From a virus (Duplodnaviria; Heunggongvirae; Uroviricota; Caudoviricetes): a stretch of DNA of 37,988 bases. A program made the translations under genes and the position numbers. The stretch covers positions 1-37,988 of IMG/VR virus record IMGVR_UViG_2737471821_000001; one strand, 5' to 3'. This document shows, piece after piece, positions 26,534 through 35,864 of the stretch (its first letter is position 1; the number at the start of each line of letters is the position of its first letter). The notes beneath the pieces are model-generated. The model did no database searches. It was not told the DNA's origin and saw nothing but the letters and a program-made list of their open reading frames with translations.

Positions 26534-27760
26534 ATGTCAGAAATACCAATTACTATGACCAGTGCGGGGGCGCAGCCTACGCCACCCAATGATTTGCTCG
26601 CGAATCTTATCACCAGAGTTGCCGAAAAAGTACCTGGATATACAGCCAACCTTCCGGCGGGGCTTATTACAGACCTTGCCAGCACGGCTGTCGGGGCGCT
26701 GGCATTAATAGACCAGGCGCGGGTGGACCTTATTAACTCCGTAAGCCCATACGGCGCAAATATTCCGTTACTGATGCAACTCGGAAACATTTATGGAGCA
26801 CAGAAGGGATTAAGTACAAATACGGCGGTATACGTGGTGTTTGAGGCGTTGCCGGGGTTTGGTATCCCTAAAGGATTTGTTGTCGGTGACGGCAACTACC
26901 AGTATGCAGTTTCCCGCGATACGGTGGTGCCGGAAAGCGGGCAGACTGAGCCAGTCTACTGTGTGGCCACAACGTCAGGCTCATGGGCTGTACCGGAAGG
27001 AACCGTAACGCAGGTCATTACATCGGTACCCAAAGATCAGCCTGTAAAATGCACGAACCTTACCGCAGGGATGCCAGGTCAGGAGGCGCAAACGTGGGCA
27101 TCTTACCGCGCCGAAGTCATGGAGTCCGGCATGTTTGGTGTGCAGGGAACACCGGATTGCTTTAAAGCGATGCTCAAATCAGTAAGCGGTGTGCGAGAAA
27201 ACCTGATTTCTTTCCGGCAGTCGTCGCTGGGGAAATGGGTTGCGGTTGTTGGTGGCGGTGATCCGTATGATGTGGCTTATGCTATTTACAAATCTGTACC
27301 GGATATTTCGAAACTGACCAACGATGTTAGCAATCCATCTGGTGCGGCAGTGGAAAAACGCACGGTTTCAATAACCGTTTCGCCAGATGTTTATCAGGTA
27401 CCGTTCGTTATCCCGTCATCACAAAACGTCATGGTGCTAATCACCTGGAACACTGTATCTGATGATTATGTTGATCCGGCGGGTATTGCTATGGCTGTGC
27501 AGCAAAACGTTGCTGATTACATCAATTCTATTGAAGTCGGACACCCGATAAATCTGCTGCGAATCCAGGATATTTTTACCAGTTCCGTCAGATTGTTGGT
27601 TGATGCGACGTTGATCTCAACAATCAGTGTGAGCATTGGCATTAATGGCCATATTGTTCCTCCGGCAAAAGACACAAGCCTGGTTTATGGCGATACCTAT
27701 TCCTATTTTTCGACGGTGGTATCACAGGTTCAAGTTAACAAGTATGCAATATCTGACTGA
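26534..27760 (+). CDS. putative baseplate J-like protein
   Basis: 408-aa ORF with GGAG RBS, followed by an overlapping I-like gene and the tail fibre gene. Confidence 0.5.
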   Translation: MSEIPITMTSAGAQPTPPNDLLANLITRVAEKVPGYTANLPAGLITDLASTAVGALALIDQARVDLINSVSPYGANIPLLMQLGNIYGAQKGLSTNTAVYVVFEALPGFGIPKGFVVGDGNYQYAVSRDTVVPESGQTEPVYCVATTSGSWAVPEGTVTQVITSVPKDQPVKCTNLTAGMPGQEAQTWASYRAEVMESGMFGVQGTPDCFKAMLKSVSGVRENLISFRQSSLGKWVAVVGGGDPYDVAYAIYKSVPDISKLTNDVSNPSGAAVEKRTVSITVSPDVYQVPFVIPSSQNVMVLITWNTVSDDYVDPAGIAMAVQQNVADYINSIEVGHPINLLRIQDIFTSSVRLLVDATLISTISVSIGINGHIVPPAKDTSLVYGDTYSYFSTVVSQVQVNKYAISD

Positions 27761-28370
27761 AAAAATTCTCCCTGCTTATCCGTTTGTGCAGTACAGAGAT
27801 GATCCGAATGTTGTTGCGTTCTTTGATGCATACAATGAAATTGCTCAGGAATACCTCGATTCACTCAACAATCTGGCATTGCCATGCTGGACATCGGAAT
27901 CAATAACCGGGCAATTGCTGGACTGGATTGCTCTCGGGATTTATGGCGTTGAAAGGCCTTTACTACAGGTTTCCGAGGAGGCTATTGCACGCGGCGCATA
28001 CGATACCATTGAATACAATACAATCCCTTATGCGGCAATGCGGAATTATGTTCCGGGGCAGGCATCGTATGTTCCGGATGATTATTTCAAGCGAATATTA
28101 ACTTGGAATTTTTATAAGGCTGACGGTTCGCATTTCTGCATTGACTGGTTAAAGCGCCGTGTGGCACGGTTCATTCATGGGAAAAACGGAATAGACCCGC
28201 CGTTGCAGCACACTTTTGATGTGAGCGTGACTGTATCGGACAGTGTTTTTTCTATTCAGATACCAGAATATGGTGATGGTATAGGCTATTTTCTGAAAGA
28301 TGCCATTGACCAGAAATATGTAAAACTCCCTTTTATTTATTCCTATGCAACAACGGTGATTCAAAAATGA
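27744..28370 (+). CDS. putative tail/baseplate protein I-like (YmfQ/DUF2313-like)
   Basis: ATG at 27744 (the track ORF begins at 27636). N-terminus MQYLTEKILPAYPFVQYRDDPNVVAFFDAYNE resembles the gpI/DUF2313 family as recalled. Confidence 0.5.
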   Translation: MQYLTEKILPAYPFVQYRDDPNVVAFFDAYNEIAQEYLDSLNNLALPCWTSESITGQLLDWIALGIYGVERPLLQVSEEAIARGAYDTIEYNTIPYAAMRNYVPGQASYVPDDYFKRILTWNFYKADGSHFCIDWLKRRVARFIHGKNGIDPPLQHTFDVSVTVSDSVFSIQIPEYGDGIGYFLKDAIDQKYVKLPFIYSYATTVIQK

Positions 28371-29920
28371 TTCTTGGATTCGGAAATAACGTTGTTTCAG
28401 CACTGGCTGGTGATATTACGACGATTCAGACTGATATTCCGGTGATGCCGGGCACGGGAGCTAAATTTGCAAAATTGCTTTCTGCCGATTTTGAAAATAA
28501 ATCGAACGGGCAACGCGTCTATGCAAAAATTACGCTTACCGATAATAAAGAGTCTGCATTTGAGATTTGTCACCTGGTATCGGTAAGCGGTGATGTGCTG
28601 AAAGTCATTCGTGGGCAGGAAGGAACAACCGCGAAAGGTTGGTCCCTTAATGACGTTGTGGCTAACTTTGCCACGCGTGGATCGGAAAACTATTTCGTAC
28701 AGATAGCGCAGCTTCAGAGCGGTCATTATATTGCGGGTGTTACTGGTGGCACTGCAAACGCACTGACGCTGGAACTTCCCTCGACGTTTTTTGTTAATGG
28801 AGGTACAGATTGGACGCTACGAACTCCGATTATAGTTTTCCCCGTTCAGAACAATACCAACGCGGCGACACTTCAACTAACACTAGGCGGAAAGGTTCTT
28901 GGTACGTTCCCACTTTATAAGGGGAACAAGTCCGAGCTGGTAGCGAATGATATCATTAAGGGTATTCCTTTGATTTGCCTTCTTGATAGCGAGAAAAGCT
29001 ATTTCAGTGTGATAAACCCCGGCAATATCTATTCAGATTTTGATCTGCGATATGTAAAAAAATCTGGTGATTTGATGACCGGGGAGCTGAAAATACGTGG
29101 TGTTAATGCATTGAGGATTTTTAACGAGGCTTTTGGCCTTATTTTTCGCCGTTCTGAAGAGTGCCTGCACCTTATCCCTACTAGTGAAGGTCAGGGCGAG
29201 AATGGAGATATTGGTCCCCTGCGTCCGCTCACCATTAATTTGCGGACAGGAGAGATATCCATGTCGCATAAAGTGTCTGTTGGCGGTGGTTCTCAGGTCA
29301 ATGGTGCACTGGGTATCGGCGTTAAGAACGCGCTGGGCGGAAACTCAATTGCTTTCGGGGATAACGATACAGGTATAAAACAAAACGGCGACGGCATTCT
29401 GGATGTTTATGCGAATGGACAGCATGTATTTCGTTTCCAGAATGGTGTGGCGATAGCGTTAAAAAATATTCAGGCCGGAAATGCTAAAAAATTCACGTTA
29501 TCCAGCGCCAACAACTCCACGAAAAACGCAACGTTTAATTTATGGGGTAATTCATCCCGACCTGTAGTTGCAGAGCTTGGTGATGATTCCGGCTGGCATT
29601 TTTACAGCCAGAGAAATACCGATGGCAGTATCACATTCGCTGTAAACGGACAGATGACCCCATCAAACTATGGAAATTTCGATGCCCGTTATCAGCAGCG
29701 AAATGGCGGCGTGCAGGATGTGCGCTATGGTTCCGAAATGTATTACAAACCTGGCAGCAATGTAATCTCCTGGACATATCACGCTCCTGCGGGACACGGA
29801 TTGTCAGGGATATCGATATCGGATACTGGTAAAAATTCAGCGGATAACGTCAACGGCGTGTATTACCGACCGCTTCAGAAACTGATTAACGGCACCTGGT
29901 ATAACGTGGCGAGTGTTTAA
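28367..29920 (+). CDS. putative tail fibre protein
   Basis: 517-aa ORF between the baseplate genes and the Tfa gene; Gly/Asn/Thr-rich C-terminal half. ATGA overlap with the upstream gene. Confidence 0.55.
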   Translation: MILGFGNNVVSALAGDITTIQTDIPVMPGTGAKFAKLLSADFENKSNGQRVYAKITLTDNKESAFEICHLVSVSGDVLKVIRGQEGTTAKGWSLNDVVANFATRGSENYFVQIAQLQSGHYIAGVTGGTANALTLELPSTFFVNGGTDWTLRTPIIVFPVQNNTNAATLQLTLGGKVLGTFPLYKGNKSELVANDIIKGIPLICLLDSEKSYFSVINPGNIYSDFDLRYVKKSGDLMTGELKIRGVNALRIFNEAFGLIFRRSEECLHLIPTSEGQGENGDIGPLRPLTINLRTGEISMSHKVSVGGGSQVNGALGIGVKNALGGNSIAFGDNDTGIKQNGDGILDVYANGQHVFRFQNGVAIALKNIQAGNAKKFTLSSANNSTKNATFNLWGNSSRPVVAELGDDSGWHFYSQRNTDGSITFAVNGQMTPSNYGNFDARYQQRNGGVQDVRYGSEMYYKPGSNVISWTYHAPAGHGLSGISISDTGKNSADNVNGVYYRPLQKLINGTWYNVASV

Positions 29921-29922
29921 CA

Positions 29923-30468
29923 ATGTTGCATTTAAAAAATATTACTGCAGGCAATCCGAAAACCGCAGAACAATATCAGATGACAAAACAACATGGTATC
30001 ACCTGGCTTTTTTCGGAAGATGACAAAAACTGGTATGAAGAGCTGAAAAATTTTGCCAGTGACACCATAAAAATGGTTTACACCGGAGACGGGCGCGTGG
30101 TTTGGGTCGGTAAGGATGTGACAGGCATTGAACCCCGTAACGCCAGTGTTATTGAAGTTCCTGATATTACCGCTAACCGCCGTATTACCGTGCCTGGTTA
30201 CTGGTTTTACCGCGACGATAAATTTGTCTTCGACTACAAACTTAAAGCGGAAGATGAGCGCGATGCCCTGTTACAACGGGTCAGCATCATGACCAGCGAA
30301 TGGGAAAAAGACCTGCTGCTGGGATTAATCAGTGACGACGACAGGGAGAAGCTGAAAGCGTACCGCATTTACGCGAAATCGCTGCAGGCGATGGATTTCA
30401 GCACCATCACTGATAAAACCTCATATAACGCCATTGAATGGCCCGTCTCTCTGGAAGCCTCTTCCTGA
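29923..30468 (+). CDS. tail fibre assembly protein (Tfa family)
   Basis: 181-aa protein downstream of the fibre gene, with a Tfa-like C-terminal region (DERDALLQRVSIMTSEWEKDLLLGLISDDDREKLKAYRIYAKSLQAMDFS). Confidence 0.65.
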   Translation: MLHLKNITAGNPKTAEQYQMTKQHGITWLFSEDDKNWYEELKNFASDTIKMVYTGDGRVVWVGKDVTGIEPRNASVIEVPDITANRRITVPGYWFYRDDKFVFDYKLKAEDERDALLQRVSIMTSEWEKDLLLGLISDDDREKLKAYRIYAKSLQAMDFSTITDKTSYNAIEWPVSLEASS

Positions 30469-30491
30469 TTTAATTTATCGCGAGAAAAACT

Positions 30492-31225
30492 ATGTCTGTA
30501 GTGATATCAGGTGCACTGATTGATGGCGCAGGCATCCCCATGTACGGATGCCACATAACTCTGAAATCCCGGGTAAACACCTCAGAGGTGTGATGCGCAC
30601 AGTTGCCGATGTGGTGACAGGAAACTGTGGTGCAGGCGCAGCAGAGCGCGAAACAGCACAGGGACGAGGCGCAATGGATAGTTGATGATCTGAAGGGAAG
30701 CAATGCTTCCACGACAAAAAAGGTCTGGCGCAACTCTGTAGTGATACAGACAACGACAGCGAAGAACTGGCAGCCACGCCAAAGGCTGTCAAAACCGTCA
30801 CGGACGAGACGAAAACAAAAGCGCCACTGGACAGCCCTGCATTCACCGTCACGTCAGAACTTATCGCCGTGGGAAAGGATGCCAGAAAGCGGGAAATCGA
30901 GGTGTGGAGCACAGAACAGGAAGCGCAGCCGTTCACGTTCGAATGGAACGGTCGCACCTGGAATGCTGGCCCCGACTCAATGGCTCGTCTTTATCCGGCA
31001 GTAATGGCATCAAAGTCTGACACAGCGCGAAAAACCATGGTATGGGGCGATGCGGAAAACCAGCAGGTGAAGCTGTCAATGCCGGAACCGGAAGAACTGG
31101 CAGCAGCAATGGCGCAGGCTGTTGTTGAACGCAATGACGAGATTTATCGCCGTCAGCGAGAGAAGAAAGAAGCGTTAGACACTCTGGAGGATTTAGATGC
31201 GATACGAGCATTTAATGTTGAGTAA
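30492..31225 (+). pseudogene. degenerate lambdoid side-tail-fibre (Stf)-like gene remnant, frameshifted
   Basis: ORF opens with MSVVISGALIDGAGIPMYGCHITLKSRVNTSEV then a stop at 30591, resembling the lambda Stf N-terminus. Another frame carries ATPKAVKTVTDETKTKAPLDSPAFT, resembling an internal Stf motif. Reading shifts between three frames. Confidence 0.5.
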
Positions 31226-31396
31226 CGAATAGGTCGCAGTGAGTTGTTCTGGTATCTGAAGAATGAGGCTCCGGTTGCTGGCTGCAGTCGGAGGTTTATG
31301 ATGTGTACTCTCACATTGTTGAAGAAATCAATTGCGCAATTGGAGAGCAGGAACGTAAGAAAACAAGAGAAAGTCTACAATCGCTTGTAGGGTGTC

Positions 31397-31439
31397 ACTT
31401 CTTGATTTTTTCATAAATTTTATGATAAAATCAAGAAGT
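31397..31439. promoter_or_regulatory. 43-bp near-perfect palindrome (candidate operator/promoter) upstream of the two-gene cargo operon
   Basis: ACTTCTTGATTTTTTCATAAA-T-TTTATGATAAAATCAAGAAGT, one mismatched pair; contains TTGATT and TATGAT hexamers. Confidence 0.5.
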
Positions 31440-31461
31440 AAAAGTGATGGGAGAAACTTTC

Positions 31462-32133
31462 ATGAATATGCCTCATTGTGTTCTGCATACAGGAATTGAT
31501 TCGGATTTTGTACTTAGTAAACTGGGCTTTACAGAAAATGATATTCGCGATGCGTTAATGTCTGCTTTATACGAGCGACGCAAATCCAGTAAGCTCCACC
31601 CTAAAGTGGATGCTGGATTCCGCTTTTGGAGTGAGATGGTTGCCGCGCTTCGCCGTATTCTGATTGGTAAGGGTAACGGCTGGTCTTCTGAAGTAGTCAA
31701 TCGCATGGAAATGGTCGTTAATTCAAGCAAAGGGGTTAATCTGATTATTACCTCAGGTGACGGACATACCGGGCGTCCTGATGGATTGCCTAAAACCAAA
31801 AATGCAAAGGGAGAGGCAACTCGCTCGATTGTTCACAACAATCCGGGTACATTCGATATGTTCCAAGCAGATACCTTACATTCAGGCAAAGCTGAGATCA
31901 CGCCGATAGATAGCACCCGAACTTATATCGTTCTGTATTATTATGATGCGGCAAATAAAGAAATTCGCTGTGAGGTGTCGTATCCGGTAGGGATGGTGAA
32001 TCAGGACGGATTTGCCAGAGTAAGCGCGTGGAGTGAGCGAATTATTTTAGCTCCTCTGCAATTTGAAGGTGCGGATATTTTCCCTGAACAGGATTTTGAT
32101 GATGACATATCAATTTCAGTTGAAAGCAAATGA
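31462..32133 (+). CDS. hypothetical protein, upstream partner of the HTH-ImmA gene (candidate effector/toxin)
   Basis: ATG at 31462 with GGGAGA RBS (the track ORF begins at a GTG at 31444). 223 aa, no family recognised. Stop overlaps the next start (ATGA). Confidence 0.5.
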   Translation: MNMPHCVLHTGIDSDFVLSKLGFTENDIRDALMSALYERRKSSKLHPKVDAGFRFWSEMVAALRRILIGKGNGWSSEVVNRMEMVVNSSKGVNLIITSGDGHTGRPDGLPKTKNAKGEATRSIVHNNPGTFDMFQADTLHSGKAEITPIDSTRTYIVLYYYDAANKEIRCEVSYPVGMVNQDGFARVSAWSERIILAPLQFEGADIFPEQDFDDDISISVESK

Positions 32134-33236
32134 GTAACACTGTTGATGATGTCAAACGTCTTTTTAATCCGTCTCGACTAAAGCTAGCGCGGATCAGACG
32201 CAAACTGACCTTGGCAGAACTGGCGAGGCGAACCGGGTTATCTAGTCGTATCGTAATTGAATACGAAAAAGATTATTGTCTTTATGCACCCACGGCAGAG
32301 ACGGTACGCGCATACGCTAGTGCTTTAAATTATCCAGAGGCTTTTTTCTTTGGCGATGATGTTGAAACAATTGATCCATTGACTGTTTCATTTCGTTCAT
32401 TACGCACAACAAAAGCTGCTGACCAGCATGCGGCAATTGGTGCAGGTGCTTTAGGGGTTATGCTTAGCGATTATTTTAATGCTCGCTTTACTCTTCCTTC
32501 GCCTCAATTGCCGAATCTCCGTGGAAGTGAGCCTGAGGTCGCTGCCCAAGCGATACGCGAGGCTTGGGGGATTGGTAAGAAGAGTATCACCAATGTTGTT
32601 CATCTACTTGAGAAATTTGGAGTTAAGGTGTTCTGGCTTTCAGAGGAAACAGCGAGTATTGATGCTTTTTCGTTCTGGAAAGATGATGTCCCTTATATCT
32701 TTCTTAACACACGCAAGTCAGGTGAACGCAGCCGTTTTGATGCCGCACATGAATTGGCTCACCTAGTACTTCATCGTCAAGGGGAAGTCAAAGGGCAGGA
32801 TGCTGAGCGTGAAGCGGATGCTTTTGCTTCTGCATTTCTAATGCCTCAGGAAAACGTGATGGCCGTTAAGATGGTGGTCCCGACGTTTGATAAAATTGTG
32901 CAATTGAAATCACTCTGGAAAGTTTCGGCTATGGCCCTGATTGTCAGAATGCGCAATCTAAATATGCTGACGGAATGGCAGTATAATAGTTTGATACGTG
33001 ATGCGACGGCAAAGGGGTATCGAACCGGCGAGCCGGGGGGAATTGAGCGCGAAAGATCACTCGTTATAGAAAAAATGATGACTGCTCTGGCTGGAGACGG
33101 CATTTATCTGGCTCAGTTGAGTGATGAGCTTAACGTACCTCTCGATGAATTGAGTAGTTTGCTTTATGGAGTTGCGGCAATTAGTGGCGGAAATAGCAAA
33201 AGAACACCATCAAGGGCTTCGCTCCGACTAGTATGA
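32130..33236 (+). CDS. fusion of HTH-XRE DNA-binding domain and ImmA/IrrE-type zinc metallopeptidase (COG2856-like)
   Basis: N-terminal HTH (LKLARIRRKLTLAELARRTGLSSRIVIEYE) and central HEXXH motif (AAHELAHLVLH). Confidence 0.7.
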   Translation: MSNTVDDVKRLFNPSRLKLARIRRKLTLAELARRTGLSSRIVIEYEKDYCLYAPTAETVRAYASALNYPEAFFFGDDVETIDPLTVSFRSLRTTKAADQHAAIGAGALGVMLSDYFNARFTLPSPQLPNLRGSEPEVAAQAIREAWGIGKKSITNVVHLLEKFGVKVFWLSEETASIDAFSFWKDDVPYIFLNTRKSGERSRFDAAHELAHLVLHRQGEVKGQDAEREADAFASAFLMPQENVMAVKMVVPTFDKIVQLKSLWKVSAMALIVRMRNLNMLTEWQYNSLIRDATAKGYRTGEPGGIERERSLVIEKMMTALAGDGIYLAQLSDELNVPLDELSSLLYGVAAISGGNSKRTPSRASLRLV

Positions 33237-33411
33237 CCCGTAAATGCTCACATCTGGAGTCGTAGTGAACGTCTTTTGGGCCTGAAAAGTAAATCCCCAG
33301 TTGTTGCTGACAACTGGGGATTTTTATAACAGCATATAAATCGTAAAGGATATTGTCATATGCCTTATTCAAGAACGTGCTGAGGTTGAGAAGTTTTGGA
33401 ATTTTTTCGGT

Positions 33412-33457
33412 GGCAAAAATGGGGCAAAACGCTGCAAAAGGGGCAAAAATGGGGCAA
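33412..33457. repeat. two direct copies of GGCAAAAATGGGGCAA near the prophage/core junction
   Basis: Copies at 33412..33427 and 33442..33457, read directly from the sequence. Confidence 0.5.
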
Positions 33458-33755
33458 CAAAAGAGTGGATTATCGTAGCTTATTGTTGTTGCTGATAACA
33501 CTTAACGCATTGAAAAATAAATAAAACTCTTACACCTCAGATGGTTGTGATTTTTGCCCTTACTTGTTCAGGTTGTATTGTTCTTTCTTACTAATTTCTT
33601 GATTTTGCGACATTTAAAAGCGACTCAATTCGTTATATGGCATCAGAAGAGTATGCGTCATGCCGGAACGCCCAGCATAAGAAATCTGATATAAAAAACT
33701 GTGGCGTGTATGGTACGGATTAGAGGGGAAAATGTCAGCACATTTGCGAAATGAA

Positions 33756-33782
33756 TCAAAAAGCCCGCAGCAATGTGCGGGC
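33756..33782 (-). terminator. intrinsic terminator downstream of uspF
   Basis: GCCCGCAGCAATGTGCGGGC hairpin with a T-run on the minus strand. Confidence 0.6.
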
Positions 33783-33789
33783 GTTAGTG

Positions 33790-34305
<516 letters not shown>

Positions 34306-34330
34306 TTAGATCAAAGGAGGAAGAATAAGC

Positions 34331-34357
34331 AGAAAAAGCCCGCCATAACAGCGGGCA
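34331..34357 (-). terminator. intrinsic terminator downstream of ompN
   Basis: GCCCGC-CATAACAG-CGGGC hairpin with a T-run on the minus strand. Confidence 0.6.
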
Positions 34358-34364
34358 GGAGGAT

Positions 34365-35498
34365 TTAGAACTGATAAACCAGACCTAAAGCGACAATATC
34401 ATCGGTAGAGATGCCATTGGCAGCGTAGAAGCTGTCATCTTCATCCAACAGGTTGATTTTATAGTCAACGTAGGTGGACATGTTTTTATTGAAATAGTAA
34501 GTCGCGCCAATATCGGCGTATTTAACCAGATCTTTATCATCAACACCTGCCGGGTTGTCTGCACCACCCGCAGCGTGCAGGTCACGGCCTTTAGACATCA
34601 GGAAAGAGACTGCCGGACGCAGACCAAAATCAAACTGGTACTGTGCAGTGACTTCAAAATTCTGGGTTTTGTTTGCCACAGCATAATCGCTGTCGCCAAA
34701 CGGGGTCATATTACGCGTTTCTGAATACATGGTTGCCAGGTAAATATTGTTAGCATCGTATTTTAGCCCAGCAGTCCACGCGTCTGCTTTATCACCACCC
34801 GCCGCAGTATGGTTAACCTGGTCATTGGTGCGGTCAGAAGAGGTGTATGCCGCACCAGCGCTAAAGCCCATGCCTAAATCATATGTTGTGGAAAGACCCC
34901 AGCCGTCACCGTTTTCATGGCGAACATCACGTCCGTTGTTGGTGCCTTCCTGACCATTACTGGCTCCTTCGTTGTTACCTTGATACTGCACCGCGAAGTT
35001 CAGACCATTTACCAGACCGAAGAAATCAGTATTACGATAAGTCGCGACGCCATTGGCTCGACCAGTCATAAAGTTGTCTGCATTGGTATAAGCGTCACCG
35101 CCAAATTCAGGCAGCATATCGGTCCAGCCTTCGATGTCGTACATTACGCCATAATTACGTCCGTAATCGAAAGAACCGTAATCTGCAAATTTCAGCCCGG
35201 CAAATGCCAGACGGGTCCATGACTGGTTTTTTGAAGATTCAGTGTTGTTTGCCTGAATATTGTATTCCCATTGACCGTAGCCAGTGAGTTGATCGTTAAT
35301 TTGGGTTTCGCCTTTAAAACCCAGACGCGCATAGCTCTGGTCGCCATCTTTCGCTGAATTATCAGAAAAATAATGCAGGCCATCAACTTTGCCATACAGA
35401 TCTAATTTGTTGCCGTCTTTATTATAAACTTCGGCTGCATGTGCAGCACCAGCGGCGAGCAGGGCAGGAATTAAAAGTGCCAGTACTTTGCTTTTCAT
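34365..35498 (-). CDS. ompN: outer membrane porin OmpN (OmpC/OmpF family)
   Basis: 377-aa protein with signal peptide [21 protein letters not shown] and C-terminal GLVYQF typical of general porins; sits between uspF and ydbK. Confidence 0.85.
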   Translation of the reverse strand: MKSKVLALLIPALLAAGAAHAAEVYNKDGNKLDLYGKVDGLHYFSDNSAKDGDQSYARLGFKGETQINDQLTGYGQWEYNIQANNTESSKNQSWTRLAFAGLKFADYGSFDYGRNYGVMYDIEGWTDMLPEFGGDAYTNADNFMTGRANGVATYRNTDFFGLVNGLNFAVQYQGNNEGASNGQEGTNNGRDVRHENGDGWGLSTTYDLGMGFSAGAAYTSSDRTNDQVNHTAAGGDKADAWTAGLKYDANNIYLATMYSETRNMTPFGDSDYAVANKTQNFEVTAQYQFDFGLRPAVSFLMSKGRDLHAAGGADNPAGVDDKDLVKYADIGATYYFNKNMSTYVDYKINLLDEDDSFYAANGISTDDIVALGLVYQF

Positions 35499-35725
35499 TG
35501 AATAAATCCTTTAGTTATTTTATTTGCCTTTTATCCCCATTTCGGGGAGTGAAAACATCCTAAAGGAGAAGTTCAGTTAGCCGATAAATATCATTTGTTA
35601 CGCCTTAAGTAAAACCTTAATCAAATAATTCCTCTGAAATGATAATAAGTCTGGTGAATGTATCGAAGATAATACATACAAAATAAAAATTATACTTTTA
35701 ATTTGCTATACGTTATTCTGCGCGG

Positions 35726-35836
35726 GTTATATGCCTTTATTGTCACAGATTTTATTTTCTGTTGGGCCATTGCATTGCCACTGATTTTCCAACATATAAA
35801 AAGACAAGCCCGAACAGTCGTCCGGGCTTTTTTTTT
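35726..35836 (+). ncRNA. micC: MicC small regulatory RNA
   Basis: Sequence GTTATATGCCTTTATTGTCACAGATTTTATTTTCTGTTGGGCCATTGCATTGCCACTGATTTTCCAACATATAAAAAGACAAGCCCGAACAGTCGTCCGGGCTTTTTTTTT matches MicC as recalled, ending in its intrinsic terminator; lies in the ompN-ydbK intergenic region. Confidence 0.75.
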
Positions 35837-35864
35837 AGAATTGGATAATCCTTATCCAGAGCAT

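Noticed and set aside
33181-33501. 106-aa minus-strand ORF overlapping the end of the HTH-ImmA gene and the repeat region
   Set aside because: It overlaps a well-supported gene and the direct-repeat region, has a Cys/Phe-rich low-complexity sequence and no RBS.
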